A DNA stretch of 64,000 nucleotides from Guillardia theta CCMP2712 (lineage: Eukaryota > Protista > Cryptophyta). Positions 49,431 to 60,794 of this stretch are shown in pieces; position 1 is the first letter of the stretch, and each line of letters starts with the position of its first letter. Below the pieces are notes generated by a model, which was given only the letters and a program-made list of their open reading frames with translations, searched no databases and was not told the DNA's origin. The stretch is taken from positions 222,147-286,146 of the forward strand of contig NW_005434577.1 of the NCBI RefSeq assembly GCF_000315625.1, written 5' to 3'. The position numbers and the translations under genes were made by a program.

Positions 49431-50490
49431 AAGCACGAGGACAGGACAGTCAAACCTGCGAGGTCCCCTACAGGCATTCTTCCAGCAACACAAAATGAAC
49501 GCGCACTCCCGAGCTCCTCTCTGAGCGCTTGTCTTCAATCAGCTTTCATGGAGCTGACTCCCCTCAAACCACTCGTCTCGTCATTGCCTCGGTAGATTTA
49601 CCCTGCCAATACCTGGAGGAAGAGTTCAGTCGTTAGTCAGAGCGAGTGAGGAGCTCTGAATGCTTGCTGGCTCAGTGTGAAAGAATCATTCCAAGACCAT
49701 TCGAGAACATGAAAGGATCTTCTCTTTTCGCATCTCTTTCTTTCTACCGGCTATGTGTACTCTCTACAGGTCCGAATATCCCATGTAAGATCTTTGAAGT
49801 GAATTCTCTTTGTATAAATCAGATGCGCTCTGTTTCTTCCAGTTAGCATCATATGATTGGATCCCCGGAACAATTCTTCACCATGCAAATTTCTTCTATT
49901 TGAATCACTCCATCGATCGTCCTTCTCCTCTTCGCCCTTTTGCTGCTGCTGCTGCTGCTGCTGCTGCTACTGATGCTGACGCTGCTCCTTCTCATAAATC
50001 TCGAATATTTCTATCATGATCATTCCAATCTCCATTTCATCAGTGCATCAAACAACTACACCATCCTCGTGCTGCTGGAAACGAAAACCTCCTCCTGCTC
50101 CTCCTCCTGATCCTGCTCCTCTTCCTCCTCCTCCTCCTGCTCCTCCTGCTCCTCTTCCTCCTTCTCTCCCTCTGCTACTCTATTTCCTCATTTCACTGTA
50201 TCGTTGCCCCGGCGCCCTTTCGTCAACACCGTTATAAACCGTTACTCGCTTTGCGGCCCGGCCGGGGCCCAGTTACCCTTTATTTGACTGAAAAAGAAGG
50301 ACAAACCGAAGCAAACAAAGGATAGAGCCAACAAACCCGCCTCAATAAAATACTAGGAAACGAAGGAGGCAGCGAAAACCGGCACCAACCACGCAAGCGA
50401 CTCCAACCACGCAAGCGACCCGCATTTGAGCCGGCGCTGCTGCGGCGCTGTGTCAGAGTGATGTATGAGGGGGATGAGTGACAGCGCAAC

Positions 50491-51564
50491 ATGTCGGCTG
50501 TAGGAGGTAGCAGGTCGAGCAAGAGGAGAAGGCTGGAGGGATCAGACGAGGCGAGAGAGGAGAGAGAAATGGAAGCAAACGCAAAGAGAGCGAAGAAGAG
50601 ATCGCCAACACGAAGAAGTACATGCGAGCATGGACGGCAGCGATCGAAATGCAAGGGATGCGGGGGCGGCAGCATATGCGAGCACGGGCGGGTCCGATCG
50701 GTCTGCAAGGAGTGCGGGGGCAGCAGCATATGCGAGCACGGGCGGGTCAGATCGGTCTGCAAGGGATGCGGGGGCAGGAGCATATGCGAGCACGGGCGGG
50801 AGCGATCGAAATGCAAGGGATGCGGGGGCAGGAGCATATGCGAGCACGGGCGGCAGCGATCGGGATGCAAGCGCTGCGGGGGCAGCAGCATATGTGAGCA
50901 CGGGCGGGAGCGATCGAGATGCAAGGAGTGCGGGGGCAGCAGCATATGCGAGCACGGGCGGGAGCGATCGAGATGCAAGGAGTGCGGGGGCAGGAGCATA
51001 TGCGAGCATGGGCGGCAGCGATCGCAATGCAAGGGATGCGGGGGCAGCAGCATATGCGAGCACGGGCGGGTGAGATCGGGATGCAAGGGATGCGGGGGCC
51101 GCAGCATATGCGAGCACGGGCGAGTGAGATCGGGATGCAAGGACTGCGGGGGCAGCAGCATATGCGAGCACGGGCGGCGGCGATCGGGATGCAAGGACTG
51201 CGGGGGCAGGAGCATATGCGAGCACGGGCGGCAGCGATCGAGATGCAAGGGCTGCGGGGGCAGCAGCATATGCCAGCACGGGCGGGTGAGATCGCAATGC
51301 AAGGGATGCGGGGGCAGGAGCATATGCGAGCACGGGCGGCAGCGATCGGTCTGCAAGGGATGCGGGGGGGGCAGCATATGCGAGCACGGGCGGGTCCGAT
51401 CGGTCTGCAAGGGCTGCGGGGGGAGCAGCATATGCGAGCACGGGCGGGTGAGATCGGTATGCAAGGAATGCAGGGGAGGGAGCATATGCGAGCACGGGCG
51501 GGTGAAATCGAGATGCAAGGGATGCGGGGGAGGAAGCAGCAAGTACAAGCAGGAGAGGAGCTGA
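50491..51564 (+). CDS. CEHGR Cys/His-repeat protein B: NLS-like leader plus 17 repeats
   Basis: SKRRRLE..KRAKKR leader (44 aa), 17 x 18 aa, tail KYKQERS; intronless. Confidence 0.85.
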   Translation: MSAVGGSRSSKRRRLEGSDEAREEREMEANAKRAKKRSPTRRSTCEHGRQRSKCKGCGGGSICEHGRVRSVCKECGGSSICEHGRVRSVCKGCGGRSICEHGRERSKCKGCGGRSICEHGRQRSGCKRCGGSSICEHGRERSRCKECGGSSICEHGRERSRCKECGGRSICEHGRQRSQCKGCGGSSICEHGRVRSGCKGCGGRSICEHGRVRSGCKDCGGSSICEHGRRRSGCKDCGGRSICEHGRQRSRCKGCGGSSICQHGRVRSQCKGCGGRSICEHGRQRSVCKGCGGGSICEHGRVRSVCKGCGGSSICEHGRVRSVCKECRGGSICEHGRVKSRCKGCGGGSSKYKQERS

Positions 51565-52596
51565 TCAGGAGCGGACAAGATGTTGCTGTGTAGCAGGATG
51601 ACTGGCTTGCAGGGATGGCATGGTCGCGCTGGGCAAGGAGGTAACTCAGTAGCGGTAGAATGTGGTACCGGTAGGCTATCCAGCACCAGCCACGCAACCC
51701 CCACCCACTCTTGTAAGGGATGGAGGGGGACGGCCGCGTTCGCAAGGCAGGGTCGGGGTGGTTGGTAACGCTCGTAGGAGGGAGAGGCTGGCAGGAGACG
51801 TGGGAGCGGCATTGAGATTTAGGGGCTTGACGTAAAACACTTGAATGGTAATGGAATAACGAATAGAAACGGCAGGGCAGGTGGAGGCAAGTAGTACGAG
51901 TAGACTTGTACGGTATGACGGTCATGCGGACAGCATCAGCTCACCTTCACGAGAAGACCGTCCAAGTCGCTCGAGACGGAGCTAAAGTCACGACACAGAG
52001 GAGTAGAGGAGCACAGGGAAGGTAGACTGAACACCAGGGTGTGGCTCCTCATGGCATACCCACATGAGGGAGGTCCTCGTGAGACCTCTAGGAGGGTCTC
52101 TGCTGGATTCGTGAGCGAGGAAATCCAGGGAGGGCGCCGGATAGTGAGGAGGGAGCACCTGGAGAGGTGATGAAGGAGAAGAAGGAGGAGCCATGTGGTA
52201 GTGTTTGTTGCATGATTTGTCTGGGATAGAGTGTCGGCGGTTGCTGGAAGATTGATCTGAGACAGCTGAGGAGCTTGTAAGAGAGGCAGAGATCATGATG
52301 GGAGCACGGAAGGATGCAGCTTAGTCCTCATGTGAGGGAGCGCTGGAGTCACGCAGAGCGGCGATGGCGAGACAATGAGGACGTCTTTTAGGAGAGCAAC
52401 GCTGAACGTCTTACAGGTAAGGGACATGATGGTGCGATCAAGACCGTACAGCGAGAACCAGCCCTCATCCTGCCGACTGCTGTCCCCCAACAAAATACTA
52501 GGAAACGGGCCTCCAGAGTTACATTCTTTGATCTGCCCTTCGTTTCTGCTAGGACTCTCTCTGAGGCGGACTGTGATGATGGCTACCTAATCTGCC

Positions 52597-53238
52597 ATGA
52601 CGGCTGTAGGAGGCAGCAGGTCGAGCAAGAGGAGGAGGCTGGAGGGATCAGACACGAAGACAGAGAGAGAAAAGGAGGGGGGCAGATCTGAAGCAGAAAG
52701 GGAAACCAAACGAATACGAAGAAAGCTATGCGAGCACGGGCGGGTTAGATCGAGATGCAAGGGATGCGGGGGCAGCAGCATATGCCAGCACGGGCGGCAG
52801 CGATCGCAATGCAAGGGATGCGGGGGCAGGAGCATATGCGAGCACGGGCGGCAGCGATCGGGATGCAAGGAGTGCGGGGGCAGCAGCATATGCCAGCACG
52901 GGCGGGTGAGATCGAGATGCAAGGGCTGCGGGGGGGGCAGCATATGCGAGCACGGGCGGGAGCGATCGGGATGCAAGGGATGCGGGGGGGGCAGCATATG
53001 CGAGCACGGGCGGGTGAGATCGCAATGCAAGGGATGCGGGGGCAGCAGCATATGCGAGCACGGGCGGGTCCGATCGCAATGCAAGGAGTGCGGGGGCAGG
53101 AGCATATGCCAGCACGGGCGGGTGAGATCGCAATGCAAGGAGTGCGGGGGAGGGAGCATATGCGAGCACGGGCGGGTGAGATCGAAATGCAAGGAGTGCG
53201 GGGGAGGAAGCAGCAGGTACAAGCAGGAGAGGAGCTGA
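52597..53238 (+). CDS. CEHGR Cys/His-repeat protein C: NLS-like leader plus 9 repeats; tandem paralog of B
   Basis: Same AVGGSRSSKRRRLEGSD leader, YKQERS tail and 3' flank as B. Confidence 0.85.
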   Translation: MTAVGGSRSSKRRRLEGSDTKTEREKEGGRSEAERETKRIRRKLCEHGRVRSRCKGCGGSSICQHGRQRSQCKGCGGRSICEHGRQRSGCKECGGSSICQHGRVRSRCKGCGGGSICEHGRERSGCKGCGGGSICEHGRVRSQCKGCGGSSICEHGRVRSQCKECGGRSICQHGRVRSQCKECGGGSICEHGRVRSKCKECGGGSSRYKQERS

Positions 53239-54079
53239 TCTGGTGCGGACAAGATGCTGCAGTGTAGAAAAGATGACTGGCTTGCAGGATCACAAGGGGG
53301 CAACACACTAGGGAAGGAGAGAGACGGCAGCGGGTGCTGGGCAGAGTCAGCGGGTGCTGAGGAGGATTTGCGATGGAGATAATGAAGAGAATGCAGGCAC
53401 GTGCTCGTGAGGACCATGTAACGGTACTTGGATGCTGTTGACTGGTTGGTGGACGTTGGGAGCATCGTGTTGAAGGAGGAGGAGAAGGGGCAGCAGCTTC
53501 CCACCCCAACGTGGGGATGGTCAGCGTCTGATATTGAGACCAAGACGGGGAGGGAGGGACTTGCACGGCATGCGGGAGTAGGGCAGCCAGTAGGACCCCC
53601 ACGTCGCCGTCAAAACGGCGGGGTGCGGAGTCATAGTACGAGCAGGGGATGTGAAGGACGCCTTGCCTTGAGGATCACAGCGGCCACTGAGACATAAGGC
53701 GCGTGGGGCCCCTTGAAGAGGGTCAGTCAGCATATGTTGTGATGTACTGGCAGTGCCATAGAGCTGCTCTGCTTGAGCTTCTTGAGCTGGACATACGAGC
53801 ACGTGGACGATAAACGGAGGGATAGGGCGGTCAGATCACTTCTATTGATACCGTCGCAGGGAGCTTATGGAGGGCTGGTGCAAGCGAGCTGGACTGTACT
53901 CATGACAAGTGCTCGCAGCACCACGATGTGCTGCCTTGCCCGAGCGTGAAAACGAGAGCTCGGTCGAAGGCCCATCCCACGGTCTAATGATGGGGGTTAG
54001 GCTCCCGCAAGTAGTCTGCCGCCGGAGTCAAACTTGGGGCGGAGGGTGGGTAATATACATGCGCGGGTTGCGAATGAGG

Positions 54080-54171
54080 GAACATCGTGTACTTGCCTGA
54101 GAGAACATCGTGTACTTGCCTGAGAGAACATCGTGTACTTGCCTGAGAGAACATCGTGTACTTGTCTGAGA
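54080..54171. repeat. 23-bp tandem repeat x4 (GAACATCGTGTACTTGCCTGAGA)
   Basis: Head-to-tail copies without spacers. Confidence 0.95.
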
Positions 54172-54252
54172 TAACTTTAGTTCTGAACACACAATATCAT
54201 GCTCAACACGGTAGACTTGAGCGTGTCCTGCCAACTTCAACGGCACTGCAGC

Positions 54253-55102
54253 TCACGGGAGATAGCTTCTCATGGCGAGTGGAGAAGTACACTCCGCATT
54301 GCAGACTGGGCATCTGCCGATGTTGCCTTGCTTGACCAGTGGCGAACAAACTTCGCAGATCGCCAGGTGACTGCAGGGTACGAATGCATGCGACAGCTTG
54401 TCACGCCATCCCTCTGCTACCTCTGCCCTTGTGGTGACCTGCTGTCCATCCATGCTCTTGGCCCTGTCCTCTATGGCCGAAACCTTGATTTCCTCTCGCT
54501 GCGTACTTGCTGTGGGCGGTTCGTTATGGGTCAGCGATTGAGGAACAGCTACCTGATTGGTCTTCTTGGTATTAGGACCATCAGCAGCACTGGGTTGAGA
54601 GACAGGCTTCGCCTCAGGTATCGACAACGAAGACGACAAGCTCGATTGCTCCAATGCTCTCGATCCATGGTGTGATGGTTGAATCGAGCTTTGTTGCGCT
54701 GAATTGGATGACGGGTCTTGAGCGTCTGGAGTTGATGGAGAGCGAGAGGTTTTGTTAGATGCCTTACCACCCACGTTTGCTGTTCGTGCTTCGTCTCGGG
54801 TCTTGCCATACATTAAAGAAAGTCTGCTGTCTCGTTTTGAGAGGACTTGGTGGGTATTCTTATTCAACGACACATCCTGCGTGAATCTATCTGCGTGTTG
54901 TGCTGTCATGTCAGGTCGATCGGCAAAAGGGCATATCTAGTAGCTGACTACTCGGACTGCTCTGACCAGTACATATGTCCAGCCGGACAGCAGCAGCACT
55001 TGTCTCAGACACAGGTTTCGCTTCAGGCACGCCGACAACGAGGCTGCCATAGCAGCTCATCGTCGCCATAGACTCGCATGGTAGCGACGCTCCTTCCATC
55101 AT
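54253..55102 (-). CDS. Protein with C-terminal partial RING-HC (C3HC4_3-like) finger
   Basis: SHAFVPCSHLAICEVC..RCPVC; the first CxxC is not visible. Confidence 0.6.
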
Positions 55103-55387
55103 CTGCTCAGCCGTCTGCTCCAGGCTTTCTTCGAACTCTACACTGAGGCTCCAATCCTTGTCAACTTGCAGTCGGGCAGCGCCGTGCCTTCAACGAACTT
55201 TGTGGAGGCGGTGAAGGTGGTGGGGTGGATGTTTTCTAGGTAGGAAAGTGAAGCTGAGACGAGGGGTACATAGCAGAGAAAATAGGGGTAGGGGTGGGGT
55301 GCCCTCTTCAACTGTCCTGCATTCAGTTGCCCTCCGTCCCCCATTCCCCATCAGGCTGCTCCTGCTCCTCCTGCTCCTCCTGCGGTC

Positions 55388-57980
55388 ATGCTGACATTCG
55401 AGGGCATGGTAACACTTAGCTCCACCTGCTTCCTTGCTCCTTCCTTCCTCTCTCTTCTCTTCATCACTGCCTCCAGCCCCCCTTGCCTCGCCTCTGAATC
55501 GTTGTCCACGACAAACTACCCAGCTCCGCTTCAGCTTTTGAGGAGCAATGGGAGAGGAGGGCTAGAGCCGGTGCTGGAGGGCATGGAGTGGCTGAACAGC
55601 ATTCACGTCCCGGTACATGTTGTGTCTGTAGTTGGGACCTTTCATACAGGCAAGTCGTTCTTGTTGAACATGGTAGCCCATGGACGAGGAAACGGGTTTG
55701 CCTTGGGAACCTCAGTAGAGCCGACAACGGAAGGTGTGTGGGCATGGGGAGAGCTCTTGGAGTGGGAAGAGCTGAAGCATCCTGTCCTCCTCCTGGACGT
55801 GGAAGGGTTCGGAGCTCCAGGAAACACAAAGAACTACGATTCCAAACTTTTCTCCATCCTCTACATCCTCAGCTCGAACCTTATGTACAACTCGGTGAAG
55901 ATCATCGATCAGAGGGAGATCGAGCAGCTCGAGCTTTTGGTTCGTCAGGCCAACGTGTTTGGTAATCATGTCTTCATGGAGAACGACCAGGGAGCTGGAT
56001 GGAGTACCAAGACGGTGGAGATGAAGGAGAAGGAGCTGATGAAGAAGATCAACGACGACATCGGTACAGCAGACGGCAGCAGTGCTAGGAGCATTCACAC
56101 TCCAGCCTTCACGTGGGTAGTGCAAGACTTCTTTCAAGACATGGCCTCAGGTGGGAACGAGACCGCAGGGTCAGCCAAGGACTGGATGGACAAGCTCTTG
56201 GATTCTCAACCAAGGGAAGACGGGTCTTCGCGCACACTACGGAGGATCTTTGCTTCCACCGACTGCAAGACTCTCTTCATCCCTACTCTACAGGGCAAGC
56301 AGCAGCTTGCTCAGCTCGACGACCCGGCGGTCCGCATGCACGAGGACTACCTTGCAGACCTGGAAGGCTTAAAGGCTTCGCTGAGATCCAACCTAGAAGA
56401 GCGAGAGAAGAAGCTCGTCCCTCTCCTCGGGCTCCAGGTGCCTCCTCCTGTGCTCCCTGATGAAGTCACCTGACTTGCTGAGATGCCAGCTGGCCGGTCT
56501 GCTGGAGCAGCTGCAGCGGGCGGCAGAGAGCGGGTCCTTGAAGCCCATTCCCTCCATCTGGACCATGTTTTGGACTCAATACGTCAACGACATATCTCGA
56601 ACGACTCTCTTAAAAGCGGAGCGATACCTTGCAGTGATGGAGAATCAGAGGAGGTGATGAGGCAGCATCTCTGATCCATGACATGGCCTCTGACATGGTC
56701 TGCCTTGCAGGCCGCTTCCTATCTCCTCCTTCAACGCCAAGGCTTCGATGCTGCTTCAGACAAGCTTGCAGTCATTCGCCAGGAGTCTCATCGGGTATGC
56801 TGGAGACACGCGCAGTCAGGAGCAGGTGCTGCAGACGAGTATCAACAAGGAGATAGACGTCTCTCTTGCTCGGCTCCGCTCACGTATCAGCGACTACATG
56901 ACGTCGGAGTCCAGCGGAGCCAAGAGAGATCTCGCTGCTTCCCTCAAGAACATCCAGCTACCCATCCCCTCCTCCAAGTTCTCTGAGCTGGTGTATGATA
57001 CGCTTCTTCCTGCGTTCAAGAGTCAGATCCAAATCCTATGCAAGGAGTACGAGTCTCATCAGGACCTCTGTGATGCCACCTTCAAGGAGGCGGAGCTCAG
57101 CATCGCGAAGCTCAAGGAGGAGAACCTGAACAAGATTCAAGCATCCCTCTCCTCCACTAGCGCGCGGGCAGTTGATCAATACCTCACGTGCATGAAGACT
57201 GGCATGTCCACCTGCCTTTCAACGGCTGAGTTCAACAACTATGACCAGCATCGATGTCAACCCGCGGGTATCGAGATGTTTGAGAGCAGCAGCAAGACGT
57301 TTCGACAGGAAAGGTTGTACGAGACACAAACCAAGGCCACCAAACACTCCATGTCGACCGAGGCGGCGAAGCTTCGAGACAAGAACTTGGGCTGCATCAG
57401 GAAGACGGTGAACGAGCACTCGAGGACAGCGCAGGAGTGCATTCACAACATCTTCGAGGCCAAACTGCTGCCCTTGGGGATGAGCAAGATGAGGGAGATT
57501 GAGAAATCTGCCTCAGACCGCTGCATCAGCACCTTTGCCCGGCAAGTGTCGACCTTCTCCGATGTCCCTCTAGTCGCATCGGAGGCCACCAGCCTGCAGA
57601 ACGCCGTCACGAGGGCTGCAAGAGGGTTCAAGGACGAGAACGAGGAGGCGCTGAAGAACCATCTCAAGTGGCACTTGGAGGAGGCAAGAGCAGAGATAGA
57701 TGCTGTGCGCAGCAGCTTCATCCTCCCTTGCCCTCCCTTCCTCGAGGAACAATGGTACTTGATCACTGGTTCCTGCCTCAAAGGGAAGGCAAAGACGCTG
57801 GCAAGGGCCAAGGTTGGGAACATAGATCCTGAGCTGAGAGATTTCCTAGAGGGAGCTATAGATAAGTGGTACCAGGGGCTCCCCTCCAGCTCCTTGTGGG
57901 GTTGGATACTCCCTGTGATAGTCACAGTGCTGGCCCTGTCGGTCGGCAAGGCGATTCCCGAAAATACAAGGAAGAAATGA
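55388..57980 (+). CDS. Guanylate-binding protein/atlastin-family large GTPase with N-terminal signal peptide and C-terminal TM
   Basis: VVSVVGTFHTGKSFLLN, GF..G..TTEGVW, LLLDVEG, YDSKLF..LSSNLMYNS, FTWVVQDF; helical C-terminal half; TM WGWILPVIVTVLALSVG; two short introns. Confidence 0.85.
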
Positions 57981-58227
57981 TCACTTGAGGGAAAGTTGTG
58001 CCCAAGGAGTGAAGTGTTTTTTATAAAGCAGCATCATAAGACAAGATCTCGAAGGATCTGAGACAAGATCTCTCCTGGAGACCGAGAAATGTCTTCTTTA
58101 TCAAAGAGGACGGAGAAAATCGTGTTATGAAACTCGAGTGCGTTCCCGCGTCCTTTTGCAAGACCTCGTTGTCACTCTGCCTTCCATTTCTACTTGTTTG
58201 ATCTTTCACAGGTTTCCCTACTGCGCT

Positions 58228-59224
58228 TCAGTCCTTAACCTCCTTCAAATCTTTCTCGAACTCCATCGCTTTGTGCTTGTAAGTCAACGGCCCGCTCTTC
58301 ATCGCCTCCCTCTGCACCATCTTCAACATCACAAGACCTCTCATAGCAATCTTGTTACCATCACGGCCGACACCTCCTTTACAACCTTTGCCGGGCTTCC
58401 AAGAACCTTTCCACCAACTATCAGCTCCCACCCCTCCCTCTGCTCCTCCCTCTGCTCCTCCCTCTGCTCCTCCCTCTGCTCCTCCCTCTGCTCCTCCTAC
58501 CAGGCTCCCATCGGGGATCTCAGTATTCTCCAGCACCAGCGAGTGTGCCCCTGTCCCTCAACGGTCACAGGAGGTTCAAGGCAGCTGCTTGCTCTACCGA
58601 TGAGACAGCCCTTGCCGATCTTCGCCCCGTTCCTGCTCCTCCAGTCACCCCACTAGCCAGCAAGGCACTGACAAGACTTACAAGATTGTGCTCCCTATGC
58701 CCACCAGGGTATCGTCCCCGATCTGACAGCCGTGAAGCATCACCTGGCGCCTCCGTTACATCGTCCTCGTTGTACGTTACAGGTGCCACCTTGTGTCCGA
58801 CTGTGACTCTCTGCCCGATGTTCACAGGAAACCCTATGTCAGTATGCACGACGCAGCCGTCCTGGATGTTGCTGTCCTTGCCCACATGTATCAACTCCTA
58901 GACATCCACGTCAGACACTCTCGCTATCGATCTTTCCGCAAGCACATTGTCTCCTCGCAGAGTGGCGGAGAACCACACGCTTGACCCTTGCTCCATCTTC
59001 ACCTTGCCGATCACCTGCATCGAGGGCTGAGCACAGCCTGTCATGGCGGCATCACAACTTACAGCAGCGTTCGGAGCCACCCAGGTCTCCTTCTCCAGGG
59101 TTGGATGATGTTCTCCTAGAGAGTAGACGGCCATCCTGCGGAGAGGAGGAAACCTGTCGTGCTGCAATCGAGCAATCCCTCCCATCTGCCGAAAACATCC
59201 ACCGACATTCAACTTTCGAAGCAT
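58228..59224 (-). CDS. Gamma-carbonic-anhydrase-like hexapeptide-repeat protein with organellar presequence
   Basis: WVAPNAA|[18 protein letters not shown]|[28 protein letters not shown]|[36 protein letters not shown]. Confidence 0.9.
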
Positions 59225-60794
59225 CTGCCATGCTACGAGTCAAAGCCTTTCAATCAACATCTCCTCTCCCATATCATTGCCTCACCCCTCCTCGTCCTCC
59301 TCACCACTTCTCCTTCTCCTCCTTGTCCTCCTCAACCTCCTCCTCCCCCTCCTTGTACTCCTCTACCTCGTCCTAGTCTTCTGCTAGCACCCCTACATTA
59401 TACATCCTTATAGGCGCTTATACATTTTATACATCAAATTATACATTTCCGGAATGTTTATACATTATTGCGATCGGCGTCTGAGCCTGGTGCTCTAAAT
59501 CGGGGAGCTAATGGACATGGCGGTCGGAGAGCATGGGGGCGCACGGCGGAGAGGAGGGGAGGGAGGGAGGGAGGAAGAGAGGAAGAGAGCGTGGAAGGAA
59601 GAGGAGGGGGAGGAAGAGAAGAAGAGAGCGTGGAAGGAAGAGGGGGGGGAGGAAGAGGGTCCAGTAACTCAGTGACGACCCATGGCTTCTGAGTTCAGAA
59701 GGGATAGGGTATGAGGCATTGTATGGAAGAAGCGGCAAGCACTGAGCAGCGAGGGAGAAGGAGCATGAGGAGGCTGATCAATTCTGGGAGCATCTCAGTA
59801 CGGGATGTTGGAGAGGATGATGTGTGCATGCAGAGGAAAGTTACGCGAACATGAGCGAGAAAGGGTAACGTGAAGCTCGGAGCAGGGAGAACGAGAGGGG
59901 AAGTATCGTTGTACAGATGAAGAAGATGGTGATGGGGTTCAGGAGGAGAGAAGAGAGCGATGATGCCTGCTGTCAATAGCTGATGTCTACTTGTTGAAGC
60001 ATTTCACCTCATTGCCTTTCTCAACATACTTGTGTGCTTGTCCCTTCGCAATGAGGATATCGAAGAAACGCTGCTTGTCTCCTCAACAAACACTGACCAT
60101 CAAATGCTTCGTAGGCAAACAGCGCAAGATGTTTCAAGTGCTGATCATGGGCACTGCCTTGCGGAACCAAGAGGCTCAGTATGTGGAACCAGGGAGAACG
60201 TGCTACACGACAGGAGGGATATGCCCTAAGAGAATTCAAGTCATCAAGAACTGCGTCACCGAGGGCTTCTGTGGAGGAAAGAGAGGACCGCTGACCGGCA
60301 TCGAGAGGTTGTTTGATGTTGAGTTGTGTTGCAGATGATAATGGTGGTGGTGGTGGTGGTGGTGGTGGTGGTGATTGTGATTGTGATGATAACAATGGCT
60401 GCCTAAAAGAGACTTCTGACGAGATGGATGAAGAAAGCGAGGAACACATGTGTCTGATCAACATATTCGCAGGTTGAAGTGGAAGCCTCTTCATTTTCTC
60501 AAAGAAGACGGGGTTGCTGACTCTCTCACCAAGGCGAATGCTTCTGCTGCTGGGTATCAGTCGGTGATGTTTGAAAAACTTATAACCTTGACAATTGTTG
60601 ATCATTTTCGATCAACAGGAATTCAAGAACAGGCCCTTTCCTCCCTTGTTCACCAACTCTTAAACGCAAATTCCGACCATCGTCCATTTTTCATGTTTTG
60701 ACAGCTCCAGGCAGCTGTCTCAGCAGCAGAAAACTCTTCCAGTGTTGTTCATACTTACAGATTTCAGTTTCGTCAGATTCATTAGAAAGAATGC

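Noticed and set aside
43060-53267. Long alternative-frame and antisense ORFs over the 54-bp repeats (MRARA.., ASTGGSDR.., PCSHMLL..)
   Set aside because: By-products of a stop-poor tandem unit; the CEHGR frame has the Met start, NLS-like leader and conserved Cys/His pattern in all three genes
54080-54171. 23-bp repeats as a CRISPR array
   Set aside because: No spacers, eukaryotic context and no cas genes; simple minisatellite
59991-60701. Possible plus-strand gene fragments
   Set aside because: No supportable exon chain or family motif
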